Counted from the first letter of the stretch, positions 27,380 through 36,424 are shown. The stretch: DNA of 53,765 nucleotides from a virus (IMGVR_UViG_3300023181_000008:1-53765); one strand, 5' to 3'. Notes: a model not told the origin generated them from the letters alone. A program made the numbers and translations.

Positions 27380-27573
27380 AACTCACGTTGTTTTAGCATT
27401 GAATCGGCTATTGAGTAAGCTTGTTCTACAATTACAGTATCTTTCGATAACGATGTGTTTTCGTTGGTTAACATCGCTTGCATAGCTGCACTTGCAAAGT
27501 AATCGCGTACCGTTATGCCTATTTATTTAGTTCCTATTACCGATGTAAAAGCGGGGGATTGTCCTTTTTTCAT
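27376..27573 (-). pseudogene. Phage small protein (RDYFA..AMQ...AY..AD.ML family) with in-frame TAA at 27525-27523
   Basis: MKKGQSPAFTSVIGTK*IGITVRDYFASAAMQAML...QAYSIADSMLKQREL*. Confidence 0.75.
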
Positions 27574-27575
27574 AA

Positions 27576-27887
27576 CTAATATGTTTCAAGTTCGTATATT
27601 GGTAAAAGTTCTCCCCATTCATTACAGGGTTGACCATCCCTTTCAATTCGCATATGTCGGGTTACAGTAATAAATTTACCTGTACTTTCGTCTTTAAATT
27701 TTTCAGGGTAATGCATTATTTTAAATATTGCTATTTTAGGCTCTTTTTTTGTACCCACATTTTCCTCTATGGTGGTAAAACTTTTCGCCCGGCTAATTTT
27801 ATTTAAATACATTAGCTTAACATTTTCATTCAGCAAAACTTCTATTTTAGCTTTGTTTTTAGCTATCTTATTTGTGTATTTTTTCAT
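27576..27887 (-). CDS. Hypothetical protein
   Basis: Packed ORF. Confidence 0.6.
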   Translation of the reverse strand: MKKYTNKIAKNKAKIEVLLNENVKLMYLNKISRAKSFTTIEENVGTKKEPKIAIFKIMHYPEKFKDESTGKFITVTRHMRIERDGQPCNEWGELLPIYELETY

Positions 27888-28084
27888 AACTTGTCTATTA
27901 TTTTTTCGATTTGTTTTTGCGCTGTGTTAGCCATGCTTTCGTAAACTGTATATTGCTTTATTACGGATTCGGATAAATGCTCCACCCAAGTATCTTGCAC
28001 TAACTTTGCTTTCAATTCTTCGGCATGTCTTTTAATTCTCAAAAACTCCTTTAATAACTCCGCAGGTGTTGCTTCTTCGTTCAT
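27884..28084 (-). CDS. Hypothetical protein
   Basis: ATGA-coupled ORF. Confidence 0.6.
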   Translation of the reverse strand: MNEEATPAELLKEFLRIKRHAEELKAKLVQDTWVEHLSESVIKQYTVYESMANTAQKQIEKIIDKL

Positions 28085-28302
28085 AACTTCTCAAAGTATT
28101 TGTAATTAAAAAAATATTGTTCTTCAATCCTTCCAAAGTCGTAAATGTCTTTGTTGTGATACGCTTCGTTTTTATCATCAGAGCTAAATAATAACTCCTT
28201 GTTGCTCGGGTCTACCACGCAGTAGATGTATTTAACGTCTTGGTCGACATAATCGTTATCGTGGTCGTAAGCCTGGTTTAATAAGTAGTTGTCGTAGTTC
28301 AT
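28081..28302 (-). CDS. Hypothetical protein (start moved to MNYDNY)
   Basis: TAATG coupling with the upstream peptide gene. Confidence 0.6.
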   Translation of the reverse strand: MNYDNYLLNQAYDHDNDYVDQDVKYIYCVVDPSNKELLFSSDDKNEAYHNKDIYDFGRIEEQYFFNYKYFEKL

Positions 28303-28415
28303 TACTTCATACACCCAAAGGCGCAAAATGGGTTAAAACAATAGCTACCTGAATACTTGCAAAAAGCCATAAATTTAGCTTTACGTTTAGCGTGTATTTT
28401 TTTAAGTCTTTTCAT
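28302..28415 (-). CDS. 37-aa basic Cys-rich peptide (not in ORF track)
   Basis: MKRLKKIHAKRKAKFMAFCKYSGSYCFNPFCAFGCMK*; A-rich leader; TAATG overlap with the next gene. Confidence 0.55.
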   Translation of the reverse strand: MKRLKKIHAKRKAKFMAFCKYSGSYCFNPFCAFGCMK

Positions 28416-28433
28416 AATATGTTGGTTTTAGTT

Positions 28434-28604
28434 TTACTCGAATTTATTTAAATGCCTTTCACATTGCCTTTTAGTGTATCTTCTTTGAAAATACTTTATA
28501 GCGCAATTTTTAAACCCCGATGAATATCCGGTACAGTTACCTATTTAAAATGCTATCATTGAGCATACAAGGGCTATAATTACACAAAATTCAATTTTTA
28601 TCAT
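28434..28604 (-). pseudogene. Small membrane protein ORF with in-frame TAA at 28547-28545
   Basis: MIKIEFCVIIALVCSMIAF*IGNCTGYSSGFKNCAIKYFQRRYTKRQCERHLNKFE*. Confidence 0.55.
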
Positions 28605-28742
28605 CTTACTTTAATTTAGTGATATTTTGAAAAATTGCAGCCCGAAAGTGTACTCTACTATTTGGCCGCTTCTTATGTTTTCTACTTTTGAGTAAGTGAT
28701 TAGGCGCATTGGTTACGCGTATGCAGCCGCGCCCCTGATTTA

Positions 28743-28991
28743 TTATACTAATTTAAACATTGATGCACTTAAGCTTTCTAATTGTCCGAAACTCGTAACA
28801 AAGTTTCCTTTTAAATCTTTTAAATGATACTTCATAACTCCATAAAAATTATATTCTTGATGGATTATAAATATTTTTTTTAACCCTATCTTATCTTTCA
28901 AGTTTTCATATTGAAAATGATATTGCCCTGTTTTTTTATTAAAATCAATCTCATTTGGATTTTTTAATTTAACCCTGTTAACTTTTGCCAT
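28743..28991 (-). CDS. Hypothetical protein
   Basis: Packed ORF. Confidence 0.55.
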   Translation of the reverse strand: MAKVNRVKLKNPNEIDFNKKTGQYHFQYENLKDKIGLKKIFIIHQEYNFYGVMKYHLKDLKGNFVTSFGQLESLSASMFKLV

Positions 28992-28998
28992 AATGTTT

Positions 28999-29307
28999 TT
29001 ATTTAAGCCATTCGCCTGTTATGATTACCTTAGGAGAATCAGGAATGCTTAACCAATGTGTAGGGTCGGTACTTTCCTTTAATTCATCGTCCCAATCTTC
29101 AAAATGTTGCTCTGTTTTACATACGGTCATATATGTATCTTGATAGCTCCAATAAAAAGCTGTTATCCAAGTATCATCGCCATTTAAAAAACCTACTCGT
29201 GTGCCATTGGGGTTAAAATCTTCATCAACCCATTTTTCATTAAAGCATAAAACCTCTAACCCATATTCTGGAGTTTCGTCTTGTACTCTTGACCATGTTG
29301 TTTTCAT
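28999..29307 (-). CDS. DUF551-like protein
   Basis: W..V.DE.PE....VL...PTHW..IP..P. Confidence 0.7.
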   Translation of the reverse strand: MKTTWSRVQDETPEYGLEVLCFNEKWVDEDFNPNGTRVGFLNGDDTWITAFYWSYQDTYMTVCKTEQHFEDWDDELKESTDPTHWLSIPDSPKVIITGEWLK

Positions 29308-29542
29308 CTTACTTTATTTAAAGGCTTTCGCCTGTTAATGAGTTCAAATAAATTTCTCTCTTTTTGCAAACTGCTAATGCATCCATAAAATTATCTGCAT
29401 TTATATCTAAAGACAAAAAGTATTGTCTTGCTTCGTATAAAGCTTTTTTTGCATCGTAAATATCTAAAGCTAATGATACTGCTACGTCCATAACATAATT
29501 TATTTTAAAGGGCGGGGTTAACCGCCCGTGGTTAGTTAATTA

Positions 29543-29809
29543 TTATCGATATTTACTATTTACAAGCCAGCTAACAGCCTGGTTATACTCTTGCCATTCC
29601 TCAGGGCTTAAATCCCAATCTTCTACAACGGGAGTATAGTTACCTACTTTTTTAGAAGTACTGTAATCTGACTCCCTGTGCCAAGAGTTATTTTCTGTAT
29701 CAAATTGAACGTGTGTGTACCAAGTGTCTTCGCCTATACCACATAAAATTTTATCCCCTTCAACTAAGGTTTGACCTAAATCGTTAATGCCCCATGTTTT
29801 AGTTGCCAT
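29543..29809 (-). CDS. Hypothetical protein
   Basis: ORF preceded by near-consensus TACCTTTA. Confidence 0.6.
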   Translation of the reverse strand: MATKTWGINDLGQTLVEGDKILCGIGEDTWYTHVQFDTENNSWHRESDYSTSKKVGNYTPVVEDWDLSPEEWQEYNQAVSWLVNSKYR

Positions 29810-29855
29810 AATTTCTATTGCTTTATTATTATGATGTAAAGGTAACGGTTTTTAG

Positions 29856-30056
29856 TTACATACCAAATAAAATATCACTTATTTTTAAATTATTTTTTTG
29901 GCAAAGTAAAATACAGTTTTCGAGGCTTGGTTTGTGTGAACCATTTTTCCACTCCTGAAACCTTTGCCTTGTAATCCCTGCGGTATTAGCTAATGCGCTA
30001 CCTGTCTTACCAGATTGTTTAATTAGCTCTAATATGAATAGTTGCGAATGTGTCAT
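29856..30056 (-). CDS. XRE/Cro-like HTH transcriptional regulator
   Basis: SALANTAGITRQRFQEWKNGSHKPSLE. Confidence 0.85.
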   Translation of the reverse strand: MTHSQLFILELIKQSGKTGSALANTAGITRQRFQEWKNGSHKPSLENCILLCQKNNLKISDILFGM

Positions 30057-30241
30057 ATATATTTAGTCATTTGTTTTAATGGTATTTTAATAATCTCCCC
30101 GCCTATGTATCGAATCCAACAATCTGTAGTGTCGAATCCTGCAACATAGAACTCTAACCCCTGTGGCGAAGTATACACCTTAGCGTTATAAGGTATTTCA
30201 AAGCTTTTATACAGACGGTTACCACAGCGCACGATACTCAA
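30053..30241 (-). CDS. Hypothetical protein
   Basis: Coupled ORF. Confidence 0.5.
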   Translation of the reverse strand: MSIVRCGNRLYKSFEIPYNAKVYTSPQGLEFYVAGFDTTDCWIRYIGGEIIKIPLKQMTKYI

Positions 30242-30530
30242 TTTCTCTATCCCAGTCTATAGCATCCTGAATGCCGTGCTGCATGCCTGGGCTTATTCCT
30301 AAATCAGTATAAACAACTGTTTTATTTGCTGAATGTCTCCAACTTAGCCCGGCTTCAATACCAAGCTCACGTTCTTCCTTTATAGTGTCGTCCAATACCA
30401 TTGTATAAAGCAAATGGCTCAAAAGCGGAGCCTCATTTCGCATTAGGCTGTCTTTCATGCATAGCTTAGCATATTCTATGTTTTTTTCTACATCCCCCGC
30501 GTATGGAGATTCTAATATTACTGTTACCAT
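30219..30530 (-). CDS. Conserved phage protein (ESPYAGD; nucleoside deoxyribosyltransferase-like fold)
   Basis: VILESPYAGDVEKNIEYA..C..D...R.EAP..SHLLY...ER..GI..G..W...VY.DLGIS.GM. Confidence 0.75.
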   Translation of the reverse strand: MVTVILESPYAGDVEKNIEYAKLCMKDSLMRNEAPLLSHLLYTMVLDDTIKEERELGIEAGLSWRHSANKTVVYTDLGISPGMQHGIQDAIDWDREIEYRALW

Positions 30531-31171
30531 AGTGTTTGTTGGTTTTGGTGGTTTTTAAGGCGGTTTAAAGCAGCTTCGTAGTAATCTTTATCTAATTCAC
30601 ATGCAGTAAGGTCAAAGCCTAAATTATGACATGCTATAGCTATTGAGCCGCTTCCTAAATGGGTATCAAGTATTTTATTTCCTTGCTGCGCATACCTCAT
30701 TAACAACCATTCGTAAAGCTTAACCGGTTTTTGTGTTGGATGGATTCTAATTTCTTTTTCTTTCATATTTCCCTGTAGCATTCCATTCCACATAAATGTA
30801 AACTTATCTACAATAACACCAAATGAATGACTTGCCAACTCACATTTTGAAAAAGTACTACTTTCGTTTTGTTTGTCCCATACAATTCTACCAAAATCAG
30901 GAATGTGCTTCGCGTAATAATTACAACCCCAAATAATTTGATTCTTACTAACCCTAAACAATTCATTAAAATATTTTTCGTCAGGAATTCCCCAATGGTT
31001 TATTTTTTTTGTCTGCCTTTTAACTCCTGTTGTACTATAATCGTTACCGGTGTAATTTTGCTTTGCGTAGTTTTCAAAATAAGGCGGGTCTACAATAGCC
31101 AAATCAAAATAGTTATCAGGGTATCTCGACATAAGAACCATATTATCCTCATTTGTAATCTCTATGCTCAT
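30524..31171 (-). CDS. DNA N6-adenine/N4-cytosine methyltransferase, beta class (start MSIEIT)
   Basis: DLAIVDPPY; HPTQKPVKLY; ILDTHLGSGS. Confidence 0.93.
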   Translation of the reverse strand: MSIEITNEDNMVLMSRYPDNYFDLAIVDPPYFENYAKQNYTGNDYSTTGVKRQTKKINHWGIPDEKYFNELFRVSKNQIIWGCNYYAKHIPDFGRIVWDKQNESSTFSKCELASHSFGVIVDKFTFMWNGMLQGNMKEKEIRIHPTQKPVKLYEWLLMRYAQQGNKILDTHLGSGSIAIACHNLGFDLTACELDKDYYEAALNRLKNHQNQQTLW

Positions 31172-31270
31172 AAAATAAAAAACCCCTGCAATCAACAGGT
31201 CGTAGGCTGTATCATACAAGGGAATTGTAAAATGTTGTTATTGTAGCTACGACTCTACTTTGCAAATGTA
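31172..31270 (-). ncRNA. Promoter (TACATTTG) plus kissing-loop leader RNA, copy C
   Basis: P1 GTAG/CTAC with loop AGTCGTAG; P2 CCCTTGTA/TGCAGGGG with UGAU/UGAU internal loop and loop CCTACGAC; TTTTTTATTTT before ATG. Confidence 0.7.
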
Positions 31271-31581
31271 AGCATTAATTCCTTAAATTCAACAACAGAT
31301 CGAATAATGTTATACGAATATCCCAACAATTCTACTTGTGATTGAAATATTTTCTGCCCGGGCGACTGATTGTTATATCCTGTTTTGAACTCGACAAAAT
31401 GACATCCATTAAATAAAACAATAGTATCTGAACAACCTTCTTTTATTGTAATGTCTTTTCTTTTTGCTGCCAACTCATTTGGAACGGGTATAATAACGCC
31501 AAGCCCTTTACGTTCGTACTCATTACGGAACAGGGCAATTGAATCTGTCTGAATATAATGTTCAGAAGGGTATGTCTTCAT
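31255..31581 (-). CDS. VRR-NUC domain nuclease
   Basis: SEH.IQ...VPNE...G.SD......FVEFKT....QS..QK.F...V...G..Y..IRS. Confidence 0.85.
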   Translation of the reverse strand: MKTYPSEHYIQTDSIALFRNEYERKGLGVIIPVPNELAAKRKDITIKEGCSDTIVLFNGCHFVEFKTGYNNQSPGQKIFQSQVELLGYSYNIIRSVVEFKELMLTFAK

Positions 31582-33913
31582 CTTCTACTGGTTTTATTTT
31601 GGTTGAAAATTCTATATATCTCATTGTGTGTGTACGTCCTTGTTCTATTTCATATTCGTAATACTCTCCAAACCTCTCTAACCATTTAGTAAATGTTTTT
31701 TGAGACAGCCATTTTTTAAAGTCTTGGTAGTCGTTAAGGAATTTATTATAAATTTCGTTTTTATCATTTCTTATATTTAGGGGAATATTTTCAACATCTT
31801 GACCCCATTCGTAAAACTCAAAAGAAGTTTCTTTAATAAATTTACGCACTTCAAGGTTGTTGAAATCATGCTTAACAAGTCCATTCTGCAAATAGTATTG
31901 TGAGCAATTAATCATAAAATTATCGAACCTTAACCACTCTTCGTTATCCCAATCAGAAAAAAGCATGTGCCCAAACTCGTCTAATGGTGTGTGCTTATAA
32001 TTAAAATATGCAGACATTTCTACTTCAAATTTTCTACGCTCAAAAGACCCACCTATGCCGCCTATCGTGTAGTTTGTCGTAATAAGTATTTTAGGGCTTT
32101 TTTCAACAGGAATAGATATAGCGTCCTGTCCTTTATATTCAAGCGTTATACCCTCCGTAATTAGGCTAAAAAGGCTTTCAAAGTTGAAGTTCTTTTTAAC
32201 ATCATCAAAAACTAACAATTGAGTATCGGTAGATACTGTTTGGTAAGGAAATGACTTCGTAAACTCGAAAGTTTTACCATCTATAGACGATACTTTTTTC
32301 ATGTTTTTTAATGCATTCCAAAATAAACCTTTTCCGCTGCCACCGTTAGGGTTCTCAGAAATAGTTTCATCATTAAAAATAATAGCCTTATTGTTTGCGC
32401 TTGTTTTAAAAGAGTGCAGAAGATAACCTATTACAGATTTAAAGCTATTATATTTTTGTACATTCTGCCCGGATATTAGCCATAAGAACTTCCTGAATAC
32501 TGATGAGTGATGATCTGATTTTTTAAAAACCCTATTTATAATTTGCCGCTTCCAAATGTAACCATCAATGTCAATGTAATCAATTTCATTTAACCCACTT
32601 TTAGTAATCTCAACTACACAATTTTTATAATATAAATAGCATATTTCTTTTGTATCTTCTTTTATATTTACATCTGTTGTGTTCAGCATAGACAAGAAGT
32701 CTGACTTAAAATAAGATGTGTTTCCGGCCATAAAATCGTAGGGTGCATAGCCAATATCATTTCTTTCTAAAATATTGTTTAAAACATAATCTTTTATCCT
32801 CTTATCGCTTGTCTCTTCTAAAAGATTTTGTTCCTTTTTAATAAATGTAAAAGTGCTGCTTGTTTCAGATGGATAGTACTTAAAAAAATTATTCTGCTCT
32901 AACCAAAATTTAAATTTATGGGTAGAAAGTATTATTTTGTTTTTGTCGTTATAATACCAAAATTCATCAATATCTAAGTTTTGCTTAATTCTTGAAATAT
33001 CCACACCTTTAAAAGCTGCTTCAATATCTTTTTTAGTAGCTCCTGTCCTAACCATTTTTTCAACCTTTTCTTTTGTAATAACATCCTCAAAATGTTTAGT
33101 GCCTGGTGGAGAAGCTTTTTTATAAGAAGATTTTACAATCGAAAGTATTTCTTTTTGCTTACCGCCTTGATCAAATTTCAAACACTCATGTTCGGCATCT
33201 GTTTTAGATATTCCAAAGTCGTAAAACGCACTTGCAAGAATATAAAGATTTGTGTTCTTTTTACCTATTGTCATACCGTATTTTTTCTGCCACCAAGTCA
33301 ATAGGTTCTCTATTATTTGATTTTCAGATACAAGCCTAACAACGGGTTCATAAACCCCTATATCTTCAAGTTCCGGCTCATCTAAATATATCCATACAGA
33401 ACTTTCTTTATTAATGTAAATATCAGGGTCATAAGATTCAAAACAAAATCTTGATACATCACTGCCGCTATCATCCCAATTAGGGTGGTTAAAATGCTTT
33501 TTAAGGGCAATGAAATAACCTTTATGGTTTTCTACTTTTGCAGGAACTTTAACCAAGACTTTTAACCCTTTACCGCTTGGAGAAATCCATGCAGCAAAAA
33601 CAAATTCGTCAGATGATATGCTATCTCTTAAAATTATAGCAGCATCCATTGATTCAAGTTTATCAATATCAAGTATTATAAATCCTGAATGTTCAATTAA
33701 TCCAGTTACAGACCTGTTACTAAACTTACCGTTAAAGCAAATACCTGGAAGTATTGATTTATTTTTAGCATAATCATCATCACTCATTAACCTAAGTTGA
33801 TGAATTTGATCTTTTGATTTTCCTTCTTTTATTCGGTCTAAAGCATAATAAATTGACTTATTAAAAGGATTGTTTGCATCCTTAACCGATTTAAATAATG
33901 ATACTGTACTCAT
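31562..33913 (-). CDS. Primase-helicase (BT4734/VirE N-terminal-like domain, PriCT-like linker, P-loop helicase)
   Basis: HSGFIILDID, ISPSGKGLK, D.S..DVSR.CFESYDP; GGSGKG Walker A; LLVFDDV; TTNY. Confidence 0.85.
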   Translation of the reverse strand: MSTVSLFKSVKDANNPFNKSIYYALDRIKEGKSKDQIHQLRLMSDDDYAKNKSILPGICFNGKFSNRSVTGLIEHSGFIILDIDKLESMDAAIILRDSISSDEFVFAAWISPSGKGLKVLVKVPAKVENHKGYFIALKKHFNHPNWDDSGSDVSRFCFESYDPDIYINKESSVWIYLDEPELEDIGVYEPVVRLVSENQIIENLLTWWQKKYGMTIGKKNTNLYILASAFYDFGISKTDAEHECLKFDQGGKQKEILSIVKSSYKKASPPGTKHFEDVITKEKVEKMVRTGATKKDIEAAFKGVDISRIKQNLDIDEFWYYNDKNKIILSTHKFKFWLEQNNFFKYYPSETSSTFTFIKKEQNLLEETSDKRIKDYVLNNILERNDIGYAPYDFMAGNTSYFKSDFLSMLNTTDVNIKEDTKEICYLYYKNCVVEITKSGLNEIDYIDIDGYIWKRQIINRVFKKSDHHSSVFRKFLWLISGQNVQKYNSFKSVIGYLLHSFKTSANNKAIIFNDETISENPNGGSGKGLFWNALKNMKKVSSIDGKTFEFTKSFPYQTVSTDTQLLVFDDVKKNFNFESLFSLITEGITLEYKGQDAISIPVEKSPKILITTNYTIGGIGGSFERRKFEVEMSAYFNYKHTPLDEFGHMLFSDWDNEEWLRFDNFMINCSQYYLQNGLVKHDFNNLEVRKFIKETSFEFYEWGQDVENIPLNIRNDKNEIYNKFLNDYQDFKKWLSQKTFTKWLERFGEYYEYEIEQGRTHTMRYIEFSTKIKPVEDEDIPF

Positions 33914-34272
33914 AATAATTCTAATCTTACATTAACAGATTCTTTAACAGGAAATCCGTTTATAAAAACAAATGGTATCCCATTATGCATAGCCACATAC
34001 TTTTTCCTGTTCTTATTGTATACCAATAAATTATCAAAGGAGTTATCTTCTTTAATAAAATTTAAATGTGATATTTTAAAAATATTAATTAAATATGGTT
34101 CAAAATTAAACAAAACAGGGGCTATAAAATATTCAAGTCTTTTGGATCCATCGGAAAGATTATAAATAACATAACCTTTACTGCTTATGTGCCCTTTGAG
34201 TAACTTTTGGTTTTTATTTAAAACCGTTCCATCTTTGAGTATGGTATAATCGTTAATTTTTATGTATTCCAT
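33910..34272 (-). CDS. Degenerate HNH endonuclease-like protein (start MEYIKI)
   Basis: Y.I..DG.V......LK......GY...L and ISHLNFIKEDNSFDNL resemble HNH_3, but the HRL motif is eroded. Confidence 0.6.
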   Translation of the reverse strand: MEYIKINDYTILKDGTVLNKNQKLLKGHISSKGYVIYNLSDGSKRLEYFIAPVLFNFEPYLINIFKISHLNFIKEDNSFDNLLVYNKNRKKYVAMHNGIPFVFINGFPVKESVNVRLELL

Positions 34273-34383
34273 AATAAAAATAAAGCCCTTAAAATCCACG
34301 TGTCTACTCGTTTCATTCAAGGGCTGTTTTGGTTAAGTTAACCAGTATCTTGATAGAGGTAGACAATCTCTTTTGCAAATATA
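34273..34383 (-). ncRNA. Promoter (TATATTTG) plus kissing-loop leader RNA, copy D
   Basis: P1 AGAG/CTCT with loop ATTGTCTAC; P2 AGCCCTTGAA/TTTAAGGGCT with UGAA/GGAU internal loop and loop AGTAGACA; TTATTTTTATT before ATG. Confidence 0.7.
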
Positions 34384-34596
34384 TGAAATAATTTTAAGAA
34401 TTTTTAATCGTGTCGTATAAAAACACAAAATCACACCTTAAAAACTTAACTTATTGATTATCAGATATGCGTACGTGACTAATATTTTTACTTTTTTGGG
34501 TTGCCCTTAAAAATGATATTTTCATATAAAACGAATACCACGCCTTAATAATTTAGCGGCATTAAAAGACACAACGACACGCATATAGTTAATTAA

Positions 34597-36249
34597 CTAA
34601 AAATCAATATTTTGAGTAAAACAGTTAGCGAGTTTATCTTTTATCTTGTTAAGCAGGTAATCGTAAGTTCTCGGCACGCCATTAGATAATTGGTTCACAT
34701 AGCCATAATTTTTACGTAAATACTCCATTATGCGTGTTTCAAGATAACCGGTTTCAATCCTTTTTAAATAAATATCCCGTGTAACTCCATTCAGCTTCCA
34801 CAAATCAACGTATCGGTCTATTATTATTCGGAAGTAATCGTTTTTACTATCTGTAGTCCTTTTTACAAATTCGGCTATTTTTTTACCATTAGGTATTGGA
34901 ACTGTAGAAATAGCCATTGTTTTTTTATCCGATCTTTCTTGATCTTCTTCATTAACCCTTGAAGAAATTATACGCACTTGTGGTTGATTTTTATAACCAC
35001 AATCGGGGCATTCATCGGAATTATTACCTATCCAGTTGTAAGCGCATTTTTCGCATTGTATAAGTATTTCTTTTTTTTTCTTAGCCGGATTAACTCCATT
35101 GTAGAATATATTTTCCCAATCCACATTATCAGACCACTTACCAAGCCTTTTAACGTTTCCACCTAAATCTATAACGGTAAAAAATGGCTTATATATGTTT
35201 TTTGATACACGTCCGCCCCTGCCTACAATCTGATGCCAAAGTGATAATGATTTTGTAGGTCTGTTTATTATTATGACCTCAACGTCCTTATCATCGAATC
35301 CGGTTGTAAAAGTACCTGTACTTACCAATATACCGTCTTGATTTTCTTTGTACCAGGAGGTTATTTTTTTTCTATCACTAACGTCATTGTTTACGCTATC
35401 ATAAGATCTTATGTTAAATCCTTCTGCCGAAAAAACATCTACCAGTGATAAATTTTGCTTTGTTGACGCGGTAAATATCATTGTCTTTTTACCCAATGCC
35501 TTTTCTTTATATTCTTCTAAAACATCAAGGTCATGTTTTGCGCTTTCTTCGGCAATATCATTTTCATCATAATCGTCATTTTCTTTTGCTTCCAATTCCG
35601 AGTAATAATCATAAGAGAATATAACTTCATCTACTAAATGTCCTTCATCGATAAGAGTTTTAATAGGTACACCCTTAACAAATGAATCATAGGTTTGTGA
35701 CATTGTAACTGGGATTGACCACTTTTCTACTTTTTCATTATAGCAGCACTCTACTCTCGATTCATAATTTTTTTCGCAATAACCGCATTTGTATATTGTG
35801 TTACGCTTGTTTATTACAGGAGTTGCGGTAAATGCAACCCTTTTAGCGCCATCAAACAATTGAAATGTTTTTACGTGAATTTGCTCATGTGCCTCATCGA
35901 CTACGTGTAAGCCTATATTTAGCTTTATTTTACGGCTCCATATAGTTTGTGTCATACCTACGTATACCCTGCTATTAAAATTGTTTTTAGATTTTGCTGT
36001 TATCTTTTCATTTATTATTCCAAGTTCAGCAAGGGTATCAGACGTTTGGTCTACGAGTTCATCACGGTGCACGGATATAAGTACTTGTGCATCATTTTTT
36101 TCTAACCACCTTCTTATAAACTCTGACATTATAACGGTTTTACCACTTCCTGTGGCTGACTGACAAAGAACAGAGTTATAAATCAAAAGTGATTCAAATA
36201 TTGAAACTATCATATCTTCCTGATAGTAGTATGGTTTTATTTTGCTCAT
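34597..36249 (-). CDS. SF2 DEAD/DEAH-box helicase with Zn fingers
   Basis: SATGSGKT, VVDEAH, FTATP, TTGFD, QIVGRGGR; CxxC pairs. Confidence 0.92.
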   Translation of the reverse strand: MSKIKPYYYQEDMIVSIFESLLIYNSVLCQSATGSGKTVIMSEFIRRWLEKNDAQVLISVHRDELVDQTSDTLAELGIINEKITAKSKNNFNSRVYVGMTQTIWSRKIKLNIGLHVVDEAHEQIHVKTFQLFDGAKRVAFTATPVINKRNTIYKCGYCEKNYESRVECCYNEKVEKWSIPVTMSQTYDSFVKGVPIKTLIDEGHLVDEVIFSYDYYSELEAKENDDYDENDIAEESAKHDLDVLEEYKEKALGKKTMIFTASTKQNLSLVDVFSAEGFNIRSYDSVNNDVSDRKKITSWYKENQDGILVSTGTFTTGFDDKDVEVIIINRPTKSLSLWHQIVGRGGRVSKNIYKPFFTVIDLGGNVKRLGKWSDNVDWENIFYNGVNPAKKKKEILIQCEKCAYNWIGNNSDECPDCGYKNQPQVRIISSRVNEEDQERSDKKTMAISTVPIPNGKKIAEFVKRTTDSKNDYFRIIIDRYVDLWKLNGVTRDIYLKRIETGYLETRIMEYLRKNYGYVNQLSNGVPRTYDYLLNKIKDKLANCFTQNIDF

Positions 36250-36398
36250 ACCCTTGTTGTATATTTATGTTTACATTTTTTGCAGCTACTTAACATATAA
36301 TCATCGTAACCACCACAGTAAATATACCTTTTAGTATAACGATGCTTACACGTTAATTTATCCAACCACTTTGCGAATCTATTTATAATACTTTTCAT
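36246..36398 (-). CDS. Small Cys/His-rich protein (50 aa; not in ORF track)
   Basis: MKSIINRFAKWLDKLTCKH...CKKCKHK; ATGA coupling to the helicase gene. Confidence 0.5.
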   Translation of the reverse strand: MKSIINRFAKWLDKLTCKHRYTKRYIYCGGYDDYMLSSCKKCKHKYTTRV

Positions 36399-36424
36399 AA
36401 TTCCTACAATTTTTATCTTACACG

